Source: Gemmatimonadaceae bacterium (GTDB lineage Bacteria; Gemmatimonadota; Gemmatimonadetes; Gemmatimonadales; Gemmatimonadaceae). From it: DNA of 35,865 nucleotides. The notes beneath the pieces are model-generated. The model was not told the DNA's origin and searched no databases. It saw nothing but the letters and a program-made list of their open reading frames with translations. The position numbers and the translations under genes are program-made. Shown here in pieces: positions 10,093 to 19,700 of this stretch (the stretch's first letter is position 1; each line of letters starts with the position of its first letter). The DNA lies in assembly GCA_040902005.1 (NCBI GenBank), contig JBBDYA010000046.1:1-35865 (forward strand), given 5' to 3'.

Positions 10093-11030
10093 GAGCCACG
10101 CTCCAGCCGGCGGATCTCCTGGGATTTTTCCGCGAGCGACACGAGCAGGCGCTCGAGCTCCGCTTCATAGGCCTCCACGGTCATTTCCGCCTTCCGAGCG
10201 CGGAGCGCCGTGATCCGCTCCTCGAGCTTCGCGCGCTCGGCGTACAGCGCCACCACCCGCGGGTCGGTGGACGCCGCACCCGCTGCACCGGCGCTCAGGA
10301 AAAAGCGACGCGCCAGCTGACCCTCGTCCGCCATCTGTGGATGCTCGGTGGCGATGCGCTGTTCCGATTCATAGAACCGTTTCGTCTCGGCATCCGCGTA
10401 GTGGAACGCCTCGAAGAGCGACACGCGTTCATCCTTGTCGCTGTCGGCGCCGTCCTTCGACAGCGCGTCCACGAAAAAGCGCCCGAATCGCGACTCGTTG
10501 CGCTCGAATGCGCTCTTGGTCGCCGTCACGACGACGCGCCCGCGCGCCGCCACCACCGGCAGCATGTCGCCACTGGCGCTGGTCATGTTGATGAAGGCCA
10601 CGCGCCGATCGCCGAACGCATCCAGCAATCTCGCGAAATCCGCGGCCGTGAGGTCCGGTCCGGGAAGGCTGATCCTCGTCTGCGCGCCTTCGCCGCTGCC
10701 ATGGCCGATCAGCACCAGCACGAGCTGTTCCTCGCTCTCGCGCGCGGCCAGCCGCCCGAGGGTCTGCTCGACGTTCGCGCGCGTGGATGTTCCGCGATAC
10801 CACGGCCCCTCCCCCTGGGGTGCCGACGCTTCGCCGAACCACGTGATGGCCGAGTCGGGCATACCGCCGCGGTCGCGCGCCGCCTGCGCGAGCGCCGTCG
10901 CGAGCGCCGAAAACTCGCGCGTATATCTCGGATCGCCGCCAAGGCCACTGACGATCACGAGCTGGGTCTGTGCCCGCGCGGTGGTCACACCAGCAGCCAC
11001 CAGGACCGCGACCAATGCAAGTTTCCTCAT
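10089..11030 (-). CDS. Secreted caspase-like (clan CD fold) protein with C-terminal coiled coil (~313 aa)
   Basis: Start MRKLALVAVLVAAGVTTARAQ at ATG 11030 (ATGA overlap). LVIVSGLGG, LVLVLIGHGS, FINMTSASG, VVVTATKS, ADSDKDERVSLFEAF pattern resembles caspase/C13-like folds. Confidence 0.65.
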   Translation of the reverse strand: MRKLALVAVLVAAGVTTARAQTQLVIVSGLGGDPRYTREFSALATALAQAARDRGGMPDSAITWFGEASAPQGEGPWYRGTSTRANVEQTLGRLAARESEEQLVLVLIGHGSGEGAQTRISLPGPDLTAADFARLLDAFGDRRVAFINMTSASGDMLPVVAARGRVVVTATKSAFERNESRFGRFFVDALSKDGADSDKDERVSLFEAFHYADAETKRFYESEQRIATEHPQMADEGQLARRFFLSAGAAGAASTDPRVVALYAERAKLEERITALRARKAEMTVEAYEAELERLLVSLAEKSQEIRRLERGS

Positions 11031-13342
11031 ACCAGCCCCTTCCGACGCCGAAATGCCCACTCGCCCGCGAGCAGCGCCACGAGCGCGAGAAGCACGGCGG
11101 GCATGTCCCACAGGTCCATCTGGTTCACCACGGTCACTCCGCGCTTGCTGAGGGCGATGTCTGCCGGAAGCATCCGCATCGTGGCGGGCGTGTAGAATTT
11201 GCCCCCCGTTTCCTCCGCGATGCGCTGCAACAGCGGCCGCCGCATCTCCGCTCCGTAGAACTCGGCGTTGAGGTCCGCCACGGCCACGAACGTCGAGTCC
11301 GAGACCCCCGCCCAGGCGGCTGCCGCAGCCGTGGTCGTGGGGGGGGGAGCCGCGGACACGCGAATCGTGTGCACGCCAGGCTCGTCCGAGGCATACGATG
11401 CCTGGTACTCGCCGTCGCGATCCACCATCCACTCCAACGGCACGTCGCGCACGGCGCCCGACGGCGCCGTCACCCGGGCTGTAAGTCGCGCGTCGTTGCG
11501 CCGCACGAAGCCGCTGTCGGCCAGCTCGGCCCGGATGAGCACCGCGCCGCCGGGACGCACCCGGTCCGACGACGTGGACACGCGCAGCTGCTCGGGCGTC
11601 TCGCTGGTGAGCCAGCGGAGCAGCTGGCGCCAGTGCGTGCGGAACGTCGCGTCGCCCACGGCGACCTCCGCGTGCATCTGCCAGAGGAACGAGTCCTGGA
11701 TCGGCATCGCGACCGACAACCCGCGCCCGAAGCGCTGGAAGACCAGGACCGGCTGCCGCGCGCGACCATTCGTTCCCTCCAGCAGCGTGACGGCGCCGGG
11801 CTTGAGGCGCGTCACGCGATTGACGCTCGTGACCGGGACACGCGTGATGGCGGACGTGTCCCCCGACGGGCCGCGACGCGCCTGCTGCGTCACCGGGTGC
11901 GACGCGCCCGTCGGTGTCACCCGGACCGTAAGCTCCTGGAACGGCGCGAGCGAGTCGGGAACGGCCTCGCCGTCCACGTACATCGGGAGGATGTCGGCCA
12001 GCGGCGTGCCCGCGTAGCCGCCCTCGCCGAACGCGCGACGCCCGCCGAGAAAGAGCATGCCGCCCCCGCGCAGGCTGACGAAATCCGCGAGCATGCGCAG
12101 TTGATCCGTGGTGAAGGCGCTGGCCTCGATGCTGCCGAGCACCACGGCGCGATACCGGAACAGCTCCGCCCGCGTGGTAGGAAATCCGCCCGCCAGCTCC
12201 GCGGGGCCGTCCACGTTCAGCCGGAGGTACTTGTTCTCGGCCGTGCGCTGGAGCACCACAAGCTGCAGGTTGGAGTCCGCCTCCACCGCCTCACGGATGA
12301 ACCGCACCTCGTACCGCGGCTCCCCCTCCACGTACAGGATCTTCTCGCGGCGGCGGCGCACGTCCACCAGCGCGTGCCGCTCGTTGTTCTGCGTCACCTG
12401 CTCGCCGGTCTGCACGGGGATGTAGAACCGCAGCGTGCGCGGCCCCGCACTGGCGACAGTCACCGCGATGCGCACCGGCGCGGATGTGCCGTTCGGCGGC
12501 AGCGTGATCTCCTCGCGCGCGATCACGCGGCCGCCATCCTCCACGACCAGCGGCACCCGGGTGCCCTCGTACCCGCGCTGCCGGATCACCGCCGTGGCCA
12601 GGAAGGAGGTGCCCTCGAGTACCTGGCGCGGCAGCTCCAGGCGTTCGATTTCCGCGTCGCGCGCGAACTGCTCGGCCCCGATTCCCACCGTGAAGACGGG
12701 GACGGCGCGCGCCCGCAGCGCCATCAACTCCGGGTCCACGGTGCCGCTGGCGTTGTCGGCGCCGTCACTCAGGACGACGAGCCCGGAGAGCGGCACCGCA
12801 TCCAGTTCCTGCCGCGCGCTGGCGATCGCGTCGCCAAGACGGGTCTCCACTGCCTCGAACGTCAGCCCCGACGCATCTGGTATCCGCTCCAGCGTGCTGC
12901 CGAACCGGAAGAGCCGCACCTGGAAGCGCTCCCGCAGCGCCGCGACCAGCGCGCTGTCAGGGCCGAGCGCGGCGCGCGCGATGTCGGCACGCGCAGTGGT
13001 TCCCTGCTCCGCGATCTGCATACTCCGGGAATCGTCCACGAGCACGCCCACGAAGTTACGCTGGGGCACGGGTGACGAGAGCAGCAGCATCGGGCGGAAG
13101 AGGCACGCCACGACGAGCAGAAGGGCGCTGCCGCGCAGGAGCGCCAGGACGATCCGGTCCCGACGCGTGCTGCCCGCGCCGACGCTCCGGTAGGTGAGCA
13201 TCGCGACGCCAAGCGCCGTGGCAGCGACCGCCAGTCCCACCGCCATCGGACCGGCGACGCCGAACGCGAGGTCTCCCTCGGCGAACACGGCGGGCCGGTA
13301 CTTGAACAACAGTTGGAACACGCCGTCGAGGAACGTCTGCAT
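11027..13342 (-). CDS. Membrane protein with VWA, Ig-like and class I glutamine amidotransferase-like domains (~771 aa); first gene of the operon
   Basis: ATG 13342 (MQTFLDGVFQLLFKY); two N-terminal TMs; MIDAS DDSRS ... LSDG; KILYVEGEPRYE, LADFVSLRGGGMLFLGG, FGRGLS, HWRQLLRWL; C-terminal TM ending EWAFRRRKGLV. Confidence 0.85.
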   Translation of the reverse strand: MQTFLDGVFQLLFKYRPAVFAEGDLAFGVAGPMAVGLAVAATALGVAMLTYRSVGAGSTRRDRIVLALLRGSALLLVVACLFRPMLLLSSPVPQRNFVGVLVDDSRSMQIAEQGTTARADIARAALGPDSALVAALRERFQVRLFRFGSTLERIPDASGLTFEAVETRLGDAIASARQELDAVPLSGLVVLSDGADNASGTVDPELMALRARAVPVFTVGIGAEQFARDAEIERLELPRQVLEGTSFLATAVIRQRGYEGTRVPLVVEDGGRVIAREEITLPPNGTSAPVRIAVTVASAGPRTLRFYIPVQTGEQVTQNNERHALVDVRRRREKILYVEGEPRYEVRFIREAVEADSNLQLVVLQRTAENKYLRLNVDGPAELAGGFPTTRAELFRYRAVVLGSIEASAFTTDQLRMLADFVSLRGGGMLFLGGRRAFGEGGYAGTPLADILPMYVDGEAVPDSLAPFQELTVRVTPTGASHPVTQQARRGPSGDTSAITRVPVTSVNRVTRLKPGAVTLLEGTNGRARQPVLVFQRFGRGLSVAMPIQDSFLWQMHAEVAVGDATFRTHWRQLLRWLTSETPEQLRVSTSSDRVRPGGAVLIRAELADSGFVRRNDARLTARVTAPSGAVRDVPLEWMVDRDGEYQASYASDEPGVHTIRVSAAPPPTTTAAAAAWAGVSDSTFVAVADLNAEFYGAEMRRPLLQRIAEETGGKFYTPATMRMLPADIALSKRGVTVVNQMDLWDMPAVLLALVALLAGEWAFRRRKGLV

Positions 13343-13502
13343 CCGCCGGCAAGGGCTTGGGGCACGTGGCTTTCGGGCGAGGCGCCCTACCTCATGATAC
13401 CCCGCGAACCGCACAAGTGTTGACACAAATCCGCGGACGTCGCGGCGGCCCGCCTTGACACGGCAGCGGAGCGTGGCCAAACGGCATATGTTGGTGCCGC
13501 TC

Positions 13503-14834
13503 ATGCCGACAAACACCTCCCCTGACAGCTTCGTGCGCGCAATCGGACTCGGTCGCGCGACGGCCATGGTGGTGGGCACCATCATTGGCGCGGCGATTTT
13601 CGTGCAGCCCTCGCTCGTGTCGGGCGCCGTGCCGTCCACGCTGGGCGTGCTGCTCGTGTGGAGCGCGGCGGGCGGGCTCACCCTCATCGGCGCCCTGGTG
13701 ACGGCAGAGCTGTCCTCGGCGTACCCGAAGACGGGTGGCGTGTACGTCTTTCTCCGGGAAGCGTACTCCCCCGCCGTGGCGTACCTGTGGGGCTGGGCGA
13801 TGTTCTGGACGATGCACAGCGGGATCATCGCCGTGATCGCGACGATCTTCGCGCGCTACCTCGGGCACTTCCTGGAACTCGGCGAGGCGGGGACGCGCGC
13901 CGCGGCGGTCGGCTCCATCGTGGTGCTCTCGGCGGTGAACTACGTGGGCGTCCGCTGGGGGAGTGCGCTCCAGACGTTCTTCACGGCGATCAAGCTGCTG
14001 GCCGTGCTCGCCATCGTGGTGCTGGGCGTGGCGTTCGTCGCGGGCGCCGGCGCCGGCGCGCCGGTCGCGTCGTCCGAGCCGTTCCAGCCGTCGCCGATCA
14101 CCGTCGGCGGATTCATCGCCGCGATGGTCGCGGGGCTGTTCACGTACGGCGGGTGGCACATGGTGACGTACGCGGCGGAGGAGACCACAGATCCGGAGCG
14201 CACAATTCCGCGGGCGCTGATCATCGGCACGCTGACGGTGACCGCGGCGTACATCGCGGTGAATGCGGCGTATCTCGCGGTGCTCCCGATGCAGCAGGTG
14301 GTCTCGTCGCAGCGCGTGGCCGCCGACTTCGCCGACGCCGTACTCGGCACCAGCGCGGGCGACGCGCTGGCGGCGCTCGTGATCCTGTCCACGCTGGGCG
14401 GCATGACCGGCGTCATCCTCGCCGGCCCGCGGGTGTATCTCGCCATGGCGCGCGACGGACTGACCTTCCGCTGGATGGGCGCGGTGCATCCGCGGTATCG
14501 CACGCCGCACGTGGCCATCGGGCTCCAGGCGGCGTGGTCGTCGGTGCTCGTGCTCACCGGCACCTACCGCGCCCTCTTCACGCGCGTGGTGTACACCGAG
14601 TGGATCTTCTTCGCGCTGATGGCGGGGAGTCTATACTTCCTGCGTTCGCGCCCCGGGTACGCACCCGCGTACCACATGCGCGCGCATCGCCTGCTCGCGG
14701 GCGTGTTCATCGTGTCGTCCGGGGCCATCGTGCTGTACCAGATCGTCACCCAGCCGGCCGAGAGCGCGATGGGCCTGGGCATGGTGGCGGTCGGACTTCC
14801 CGTGTACTGGCTTTGGAGCCGCAAATCCTCATGA
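13503..14834 (+). CDS. APC family amino acid permease (~443 aa)
   Basis: About 12 hydrophobic segments; GTIIGAAIF, AELSSAYPKTGGVYVFLREAY, YGGW, AAEETTDPERTIPRA, GPRVYLAMARDG. Alternative start at ATG 13488. Confidence 0.92.
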   Translation: MPTNTSPDSFVRAIGLGRATAMVVGTIIGAAIFVQPSLVSGAVPSTLGVLLVWSAAGGLTLIGALVTAELSSAYPKTGGVYVFLREAYSPAVAYLWGWAMFWTMHSGIIAVIATIFARYLGHFLELGEAGTRAAAVGSIVVLSAVNYVGVRWGSALQTFFTAIKLLAVLAIVVLGVAFVAGAGAGAPVASSEPFQPSPITVGGFIAAMVAGLFTYGGWHMVTYAAEETTDPERTIPRALIIGTLTVTAAYIAVNAAYLAVLPMQQVVSSQRVAADFADAVLGTSAGDALAALVILSTLGGMTGVILAGPRVYLAMARDGLTFRWMGAVHPRYRTPHVAIGLQAAWSSVLVLTGTYRALFTRVVYTEWIFFALMAGSLYFLRSRPGYAPAYHMRAHRLLAGVFIVSSGAIVLYQIVTQPAESAMGLGMVAVGLPVYWLWSRKSS

Positions 14835-15814
14835 TCGTCGACGTTCACAACCACTTCTATCCGCCCGATTACCTGGACGCCCTGCGCTCCGGCAAGAGCG
14901 TGGTGCGCGTGACCACGGACAGCGCGGGCAATCCGCACATTCACTACCCGGGCGACTACAACGTGGCCGTCGCGGGACACCGCGACATCGCGTACCGGCA
15001 GGAGGTGCTGGAGCGCGAGGGGGTGGACACGCAGGTGATCACGCTGACGACGCCGGGCACGCACGTGGAGTCGCCGGAGTATGCGCGGACGCTCGCGGCG
15101 CTGGTCAACGACTGCTTCGCGAAGATCATCGCGGAACGCCGCGGGCGATTCTCCGCACTCGCCACGCTGCCGCTCAACGATCCGAAGGCGTCGGTGCGGG
15201 AGTTCACCCGCGCAGTGGACGACCTGCGCCTGCCGGGCGCCATGCTGTTCAGCAACGTGAACGGCGTCGCGCTCGCCGACCAGCGCTTCTGGCCGCTATA
15301 CGAAGTGGCGAACGACCGCGGCGCCGTGCTGCACATCCATCCCACCAGCCCTGTGGGCGTGGAGGCGATGACCGAGTACTGGCTGATGCCGCTCGTGGGG
15401 TTCCTGATGGACACCACCCTCGCGACGGCGCACCTGGTCTTCAGCGGCGTGGCAGAGCGGTTTCCGAGAATCCAGTGGGTGCTGGGCCATCTGGGGGGAG
15501 CGATTCCCTACCTCGCGGAGCGGCTGGACCGCGGGTACGAAGCGTTCGCCGAGTGCCGCGCGAACATCACGAAACCGCCAAGCGAGTTCCTCAGGACCTG
15601 GCACTACGACACCGTGAACTTCGACCCGGCCGCGCTGGCGCTGGCGATCCGGTTCGCCGGCGTGGAACGCATTCTCGCGGGCTCGGACTACCCGCACCAG
15701 ATCGGCTCGATCCCCTCCATGCTCAAGGCGCTGCGCGGCCTGAACGTCTCCGAGGCGGACAAGGCGAAGATCCTGGGCGGCAACGCCGCGCGCGTCTACG
15801 GCCTCGCGCGCTGA
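14831..15814 (+). CDS. Amidohydrolase family 2 protein (ACMSD-like decarboxylase/hydratase, 327 aa)
   Basis: ATG 14831 overlaps the permease stop (ATGA). MIVDVHNH (HxH), LHIHP, GHLGG, GSDYPH, ILGGNAARVY. Confidence 0.9.
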   Translation: MIVDVHNHFYPPDYLDALRSGKSVVRVTTDSAGNPHIHYPGDYNVAVAGHRDIAYRQEVLEREGVDTQVITLTTPGTHVESPEYARTLAALVNDCFAKIIAERRGRFSALATLPLNDPKASVREFTRAVDDLRLPGAMLFSNVNGVALADQRFWPLYEVANDRGAVLHIHPTSPVGVEAMTEYWLMPLVGFLMDTTLATAHLVFSGVAERFPRIQWVLGHLGGAIPYLAERLDRGYEAFAECRANITKPPSEFLRTWHYDTVNFDPAALALAIRFAGVERILAGSDYPHQIGSIPSMLKALRGLNVSEADKAKILGGNAARVYGLAR

Positions 15815-15832
15815 TCGCGGCGCGCGTGCGGC

Positions 15833-16597
15833 TCAGGGCTCCACGCCAAGTGCACGCAGCCGGGCGGGAGCGCGGCGATCGTTGGGGTTCTTCGTGAGCA
15901 CGGCGCGCAGGCGGGCAATGCCGGCGTCACGATTCCCCGCGCGGAGCTGGGTCTCCGCGATCTGGAAGTCGATGTTCACCGAATTCGGGTAGAATTCCTG
16001 GAGCATCTCGAGCAGCTTCACGGCCTCCGCGTGCCTGCCCTGGTCCGCGAGCTGTCCGGCCACCTCGGCCACGGGGCGCTCGCTGAAGTCGAACACGCCG
16101 CTCACCATGTCGCCGCGCAGCATCCGGTAGCGCGCGATCGCGCTGTCCACGCCCGCGCGCGCCGTGGTCTCCACGAGCACGTTCTCGATGGTGGTGGGCA
16201 CCGGCATCATGCGGTGGCACGTGATGCAGGTGACAGACACCGCCGGATCGCGACGGTTCGGCATCGACGCGAGCACTACGCGGTTGAGACTGTCGGTCAT
16301 GCGAAGCATGAAGCGCGCCTTGCGCTTTTCGGGGCGCTCGTCGGAGGCGAAGTTCAGATTGAGGCCGCCCCCCCCCCGCGCCGGCTGTCCCGGCTCCGCC
16401 GGGCGCGGCACGTGACAGTACTCGCAGCGCACGCCAAGCGCCTGCGTGAAGTTCCGCATGATCGCCGTGAGCTGCGGGCGCGCAATGTCGCGGGGCAGCA
16501 CCTGGAGGTTCTCGAACGTGTCCGGGATCTGCGCCGGTAGCGCTTGCGCGAGGATGAGCAGGGCGGCGACGGCCGGAAGCAGGCGTGGAAGGCGCAC
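15833..16597 (-). CDS. Periplasmic diheme c-type cytochrome with C-terminal TPR-like helices (254 aa)
   Basis: Signal peptide; NLQVLP...ALGVRCEYCH...FASDERPEKRKARFMLRM...VTCITCH, a two-CxxCH module resembling the reaction-centre cytochrome c domain family. Confidence 0.82.
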   Translation of the reverse strand: MRLPRLLPAVAALLILAQALPAQIPDTFENLQVLPRDIARPQLTAIMRNFTQALGVRCEYCHVPRPAEPGQPARGGGGLNLNFASDERPEKRKARFMLRMTDSLNRVVLASMPNRRDPAVSVTCITCHRMMPVPTTIENVLVETTARAGVDSAIARYRMLRGDMVSGVFDFSERPVAEVAGQLADQGRHAEAVKLLEMLQEFYPNSVNIDFQIAETQLRAGNRDAGIARLRAVLTKNPNDRRAPARLRALGVEP

Positions 16598-16677
16598 GGC
16601 GGAACCCGTTCGGTGAGGGGTGAGGAAGGCGACGCAACCGAAGGGAAACTACGCTGCCTGGCCGATTCGTCACTAGC

Positions 16678-16720
16678 TGTGGGATCTAGAGAGGTGTGAA
16701 CAACCGCTCTAGACCCCACA
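16678..16720. repeat. Inverted repeat / hairpin (REP-like or terminator)
   Basis: TGTGGGATCTAGAG-N15-CTCTAGACCCCACA (14-bp arms, 1 mismatch), with a third related arm CCTGGATTCCACAG at 16721-16734; directly downstream of the large surface-protein stop. Confidence 0.7.
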
Positions 16721-16734
16721 CCTGGATTCCACAG

Positions 16735-19700
16735 TTAGCGCCTGCCGCGGCCCTGGTCGTGCGGGACGCGCACCTCGCACGCCCCTGTGGCCGAGTTTCC
16801 GGCGAGATCGAAGCCGCGGTACTCGAACGTGTAGACGCGGCCGGTGCCGTTGCCCAGACGCCACGCCCGCACCGAACCGTAGGTATCCGGCGTGCCGGTC
16901 ACGAAGTCCATGATGTCGCCCGTGAAAGGGCCCGAGCCTGGAACCGGCTTCGGCTCGGGCTCGTTGCTGCTCGTGCGTTCGAGCAGGAATCCGCCCGCGC
17001 CGGAGATCGCGTCCTCGACCAGAACGGCGATCGAGACGGGGACGAGCTGGCGGTTTGGCGGCCAGATCTCGTTGGGTGTCGCGGAGCACGAGACTGCCGG
17101 CGGTGTCTTGTCGATCGAGATGTTGCCGATCGTGGCGCTGGCTGAATTGCCGGCGCGGTCGTGGAATGTCCGTGCCGCTGACTGGTCCGCGCCTTCATTC
17201 GTAAACACGACCTGGTCGCTCGCTGCACCGTCGATGCCCGAGAGGGCATCTGTTGCGGTGAAGGTCGCGGTCACGTCGGTGTTGTTCCACCCGTTCGAGT
17301 TGGCAAGCGGGTCGCGCGTGACTGTGACGCTGGGCGGCGTCTGGTCGATCCGAACGTCGAGTGTCTTCGGCGATTCCTGGTTGCCCGCGACGTCGCGCGC
17401 GAAGTAGGTCAGCGTCGTCTGACCCTCAGCGGACACGATGACGGACGCGGCGCTTCCCGCAACCGTCGCGCTTCCAGCCTGCGCTCCGCTCAGCGACCAC
17501 AGGATCTCCGCGACGCCGGAGCCCGCGTCGCTCGACGTCAACGAGACCGTCACGTCGGTGTTGTTCCAGCCATGTACGTTCGCTGCCGGTGTAGCGGACG
17601 CCGTCGTCGTTGGAGGATCGACGTCGCTCGGCACGATCCCCGAGATCAGCACGTCCACGCTTCCAACCGGCGTGCCGCTCGATGCCGTATGCCTGATGAG
17701 CGCCTCGCTGCGCGTCGCCGTGGGTGAAACCGACACGGTCACGGTTTGCGGCAGCTGCGATGCGCCGAAGGTGAGGGTTGCCTTGTCGACGGTCACCTGA
17801 TCGTCTGGAGAAACCGTGATCACATCCACGCCGGCGCCGATGCACACGTCGTAGGTGTCGGTCGCGCCGTCGACGGAGACCTCAACTTGCGTGGGATGTA
17901 CGTTCGGACCGTTGGCGTTGTACGCCACGAGCACGAGGTTCGTAGCGGTGTAGACCTGGCGCAGCTTCATACCGCCGCCGACATCGATCGGCGTGGTCGC
18001 GTTGGCGAATGTTCCGGTGCGCGTACCGTACGTGACCACATGGAACGTCTGGCAAGGGTGCGGCACGAATCCGTCCGTGAGGGTGACGCTCAGCGAGCCT
18101 AGGAAGCGCGCCGTGCCGGTGACCGTGATCTGGTCGTAGCCGGTGCCTGGTTCGCCGCCGGCGAGCTCGATCTCCGTCACCGTCGTGGTGGAAGGGCTGT
18201 AGTCGCCACTGATGGCGAACCTTCCGGGTGAGGCGCCGGGCGCGAGCACGCTCGCGCCGGTAAGCGGGAGGGTGCGCCCCCACGTGCCGAACCCGGAGAA
18301 GCGTACGCCGCTGAACGTCGCGGCGCCGCTGCCGGTCACCGTGGCACCGTGGTACCGAAACGCACCGCCCGTCTGTGAGTACGAGCCCGTCAGCTCGAGC
18401 CGGCCGCCCTCGAATCGGACGTCGGCGGCGGACCCGTCGGGTGCGGCGACGACCCGCAACTGCGACGTGGCGACCCGGAGGGTTCCGTTGTTGATCAGCG
18501 GGGTGGGTGCGACGCCGGGAACTCCCGAGCCAACATTGGTGATCACGCCGGCGGCCGCGTTGGTAATTGCGCCAAAGAGGCCTGCGTTGGAATTCGCGCC
18601 CGAGACAAGTGTGAGCGTCCCCTCGTTCACGAGTGTCGCACCCGGCGCGGTGCGCAGCAGCGTACCTGTCTTTTGGAACGCGCCCAAGTGCTCGACGGTC
18701 AGCTGGCCCTGATTGACGAGCCCGGATGTCTCGACCGTAAGATGGTTGGAGCCCATCCAGACATGCTGGGTGGGCCCGATTGTCCCGCTCAGCCGGGAAA
18801 TTGTCGTTGGCACTTGGCCGCCGAGCGCAAACAGGTCGAAGCGGCCGCCGCCGTCATGTTCGAGCCGGAGCTCTGTAAGAGCGATCAGGTCGAGCGTGCC
18901 ATGGACCGTCCCGCCGCTCACGGCCAGCGTGCCGCCGTTCTGCTGGTACTGCCCAGCGGTGCTTTCGACAGTGCCGCCGTTCAGCACGACCTCGGGGGCC
19001 GACCCGTCGGGTGCGGCGACGACGCGCAAGTGCGACGTGGCGACCCGGAGGGTTCCGTTGTTGATCAGCGGGGTGGGAGCGATGCCGGGAACTCCCGAGC
19101 CAACATTGGTGATCACGCCGGCGGGCGCGTTGGTAATTGCGCCAAAGAGGCCTGCGTTGGAATTCGCGCCCGAGACGAGTGTGAGCGTTCCCTCGTTCAG
19201 CAGTATCGCGTCCGGCTCGATGCGCAGCACCGTACCTGTCTTTTGGAACGCGCCCAGGTGCTCGACGGTCAGTAGTCCCTGGTTGACCAGCCCGGACGTT
19301 TCCACGGTGAGGTGATTGCTGCCCATCCAGACGTGCTGGGTGGTCCCAATGGTTCCATTGAGACGGGAAGTCGTGGGTGGCACGATGCCGCCGAGCGGTG
19401 TGAGGTTGAACCGGCCGCCCGCGTCGTGCTCGATCCGCAGCTCGTCCACCGCGATGAGGTTGAGGATGCCCGTCACGGTGCCGCCGGTCACGATGAGCGT
19501 GCCGTCCTGTTGCTGGAGTGTTCCCGCGGCGTCCACGGTACCGGCGTCGAACGTGACGGTCGGAGCGCCGCCGCTCGTCGGACCGCGCACAAGCAATTGT
19601 CGACCCGATGCCAGAATGATGGAGCCCCGGTTGACGATTGTCGCCCCTCGAAGGCTCAAGCCGGACCCGGCGTTGATTGTGCCGTCGTTCTGGATTATCG

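Noticed and set aside
13358..13492. Promoters in the divergent spacer (GGCACGTGGCTTTC sigma54-like; TTGACA at 13420 and 13455)
   Set aside because: The sigma54-like site lacks the -12 G and has no UAS or IHF-like module; neither TTGACA has a properly spaced -10.
13658..14830. Apparent long N-terminal extension of the amidohydrolase (718-aa ORF)
   Set aside because: Overlaps the permease; the true start is ATG 14831, with the HxH motif immediately after.
15833..16597. Photosynthetic reaction-centre cytochrome PufC
   Set aside because: Only two CxxCH motifs (PufC has four) and no puf or bch genes nearby; not evidence of phototrophy.
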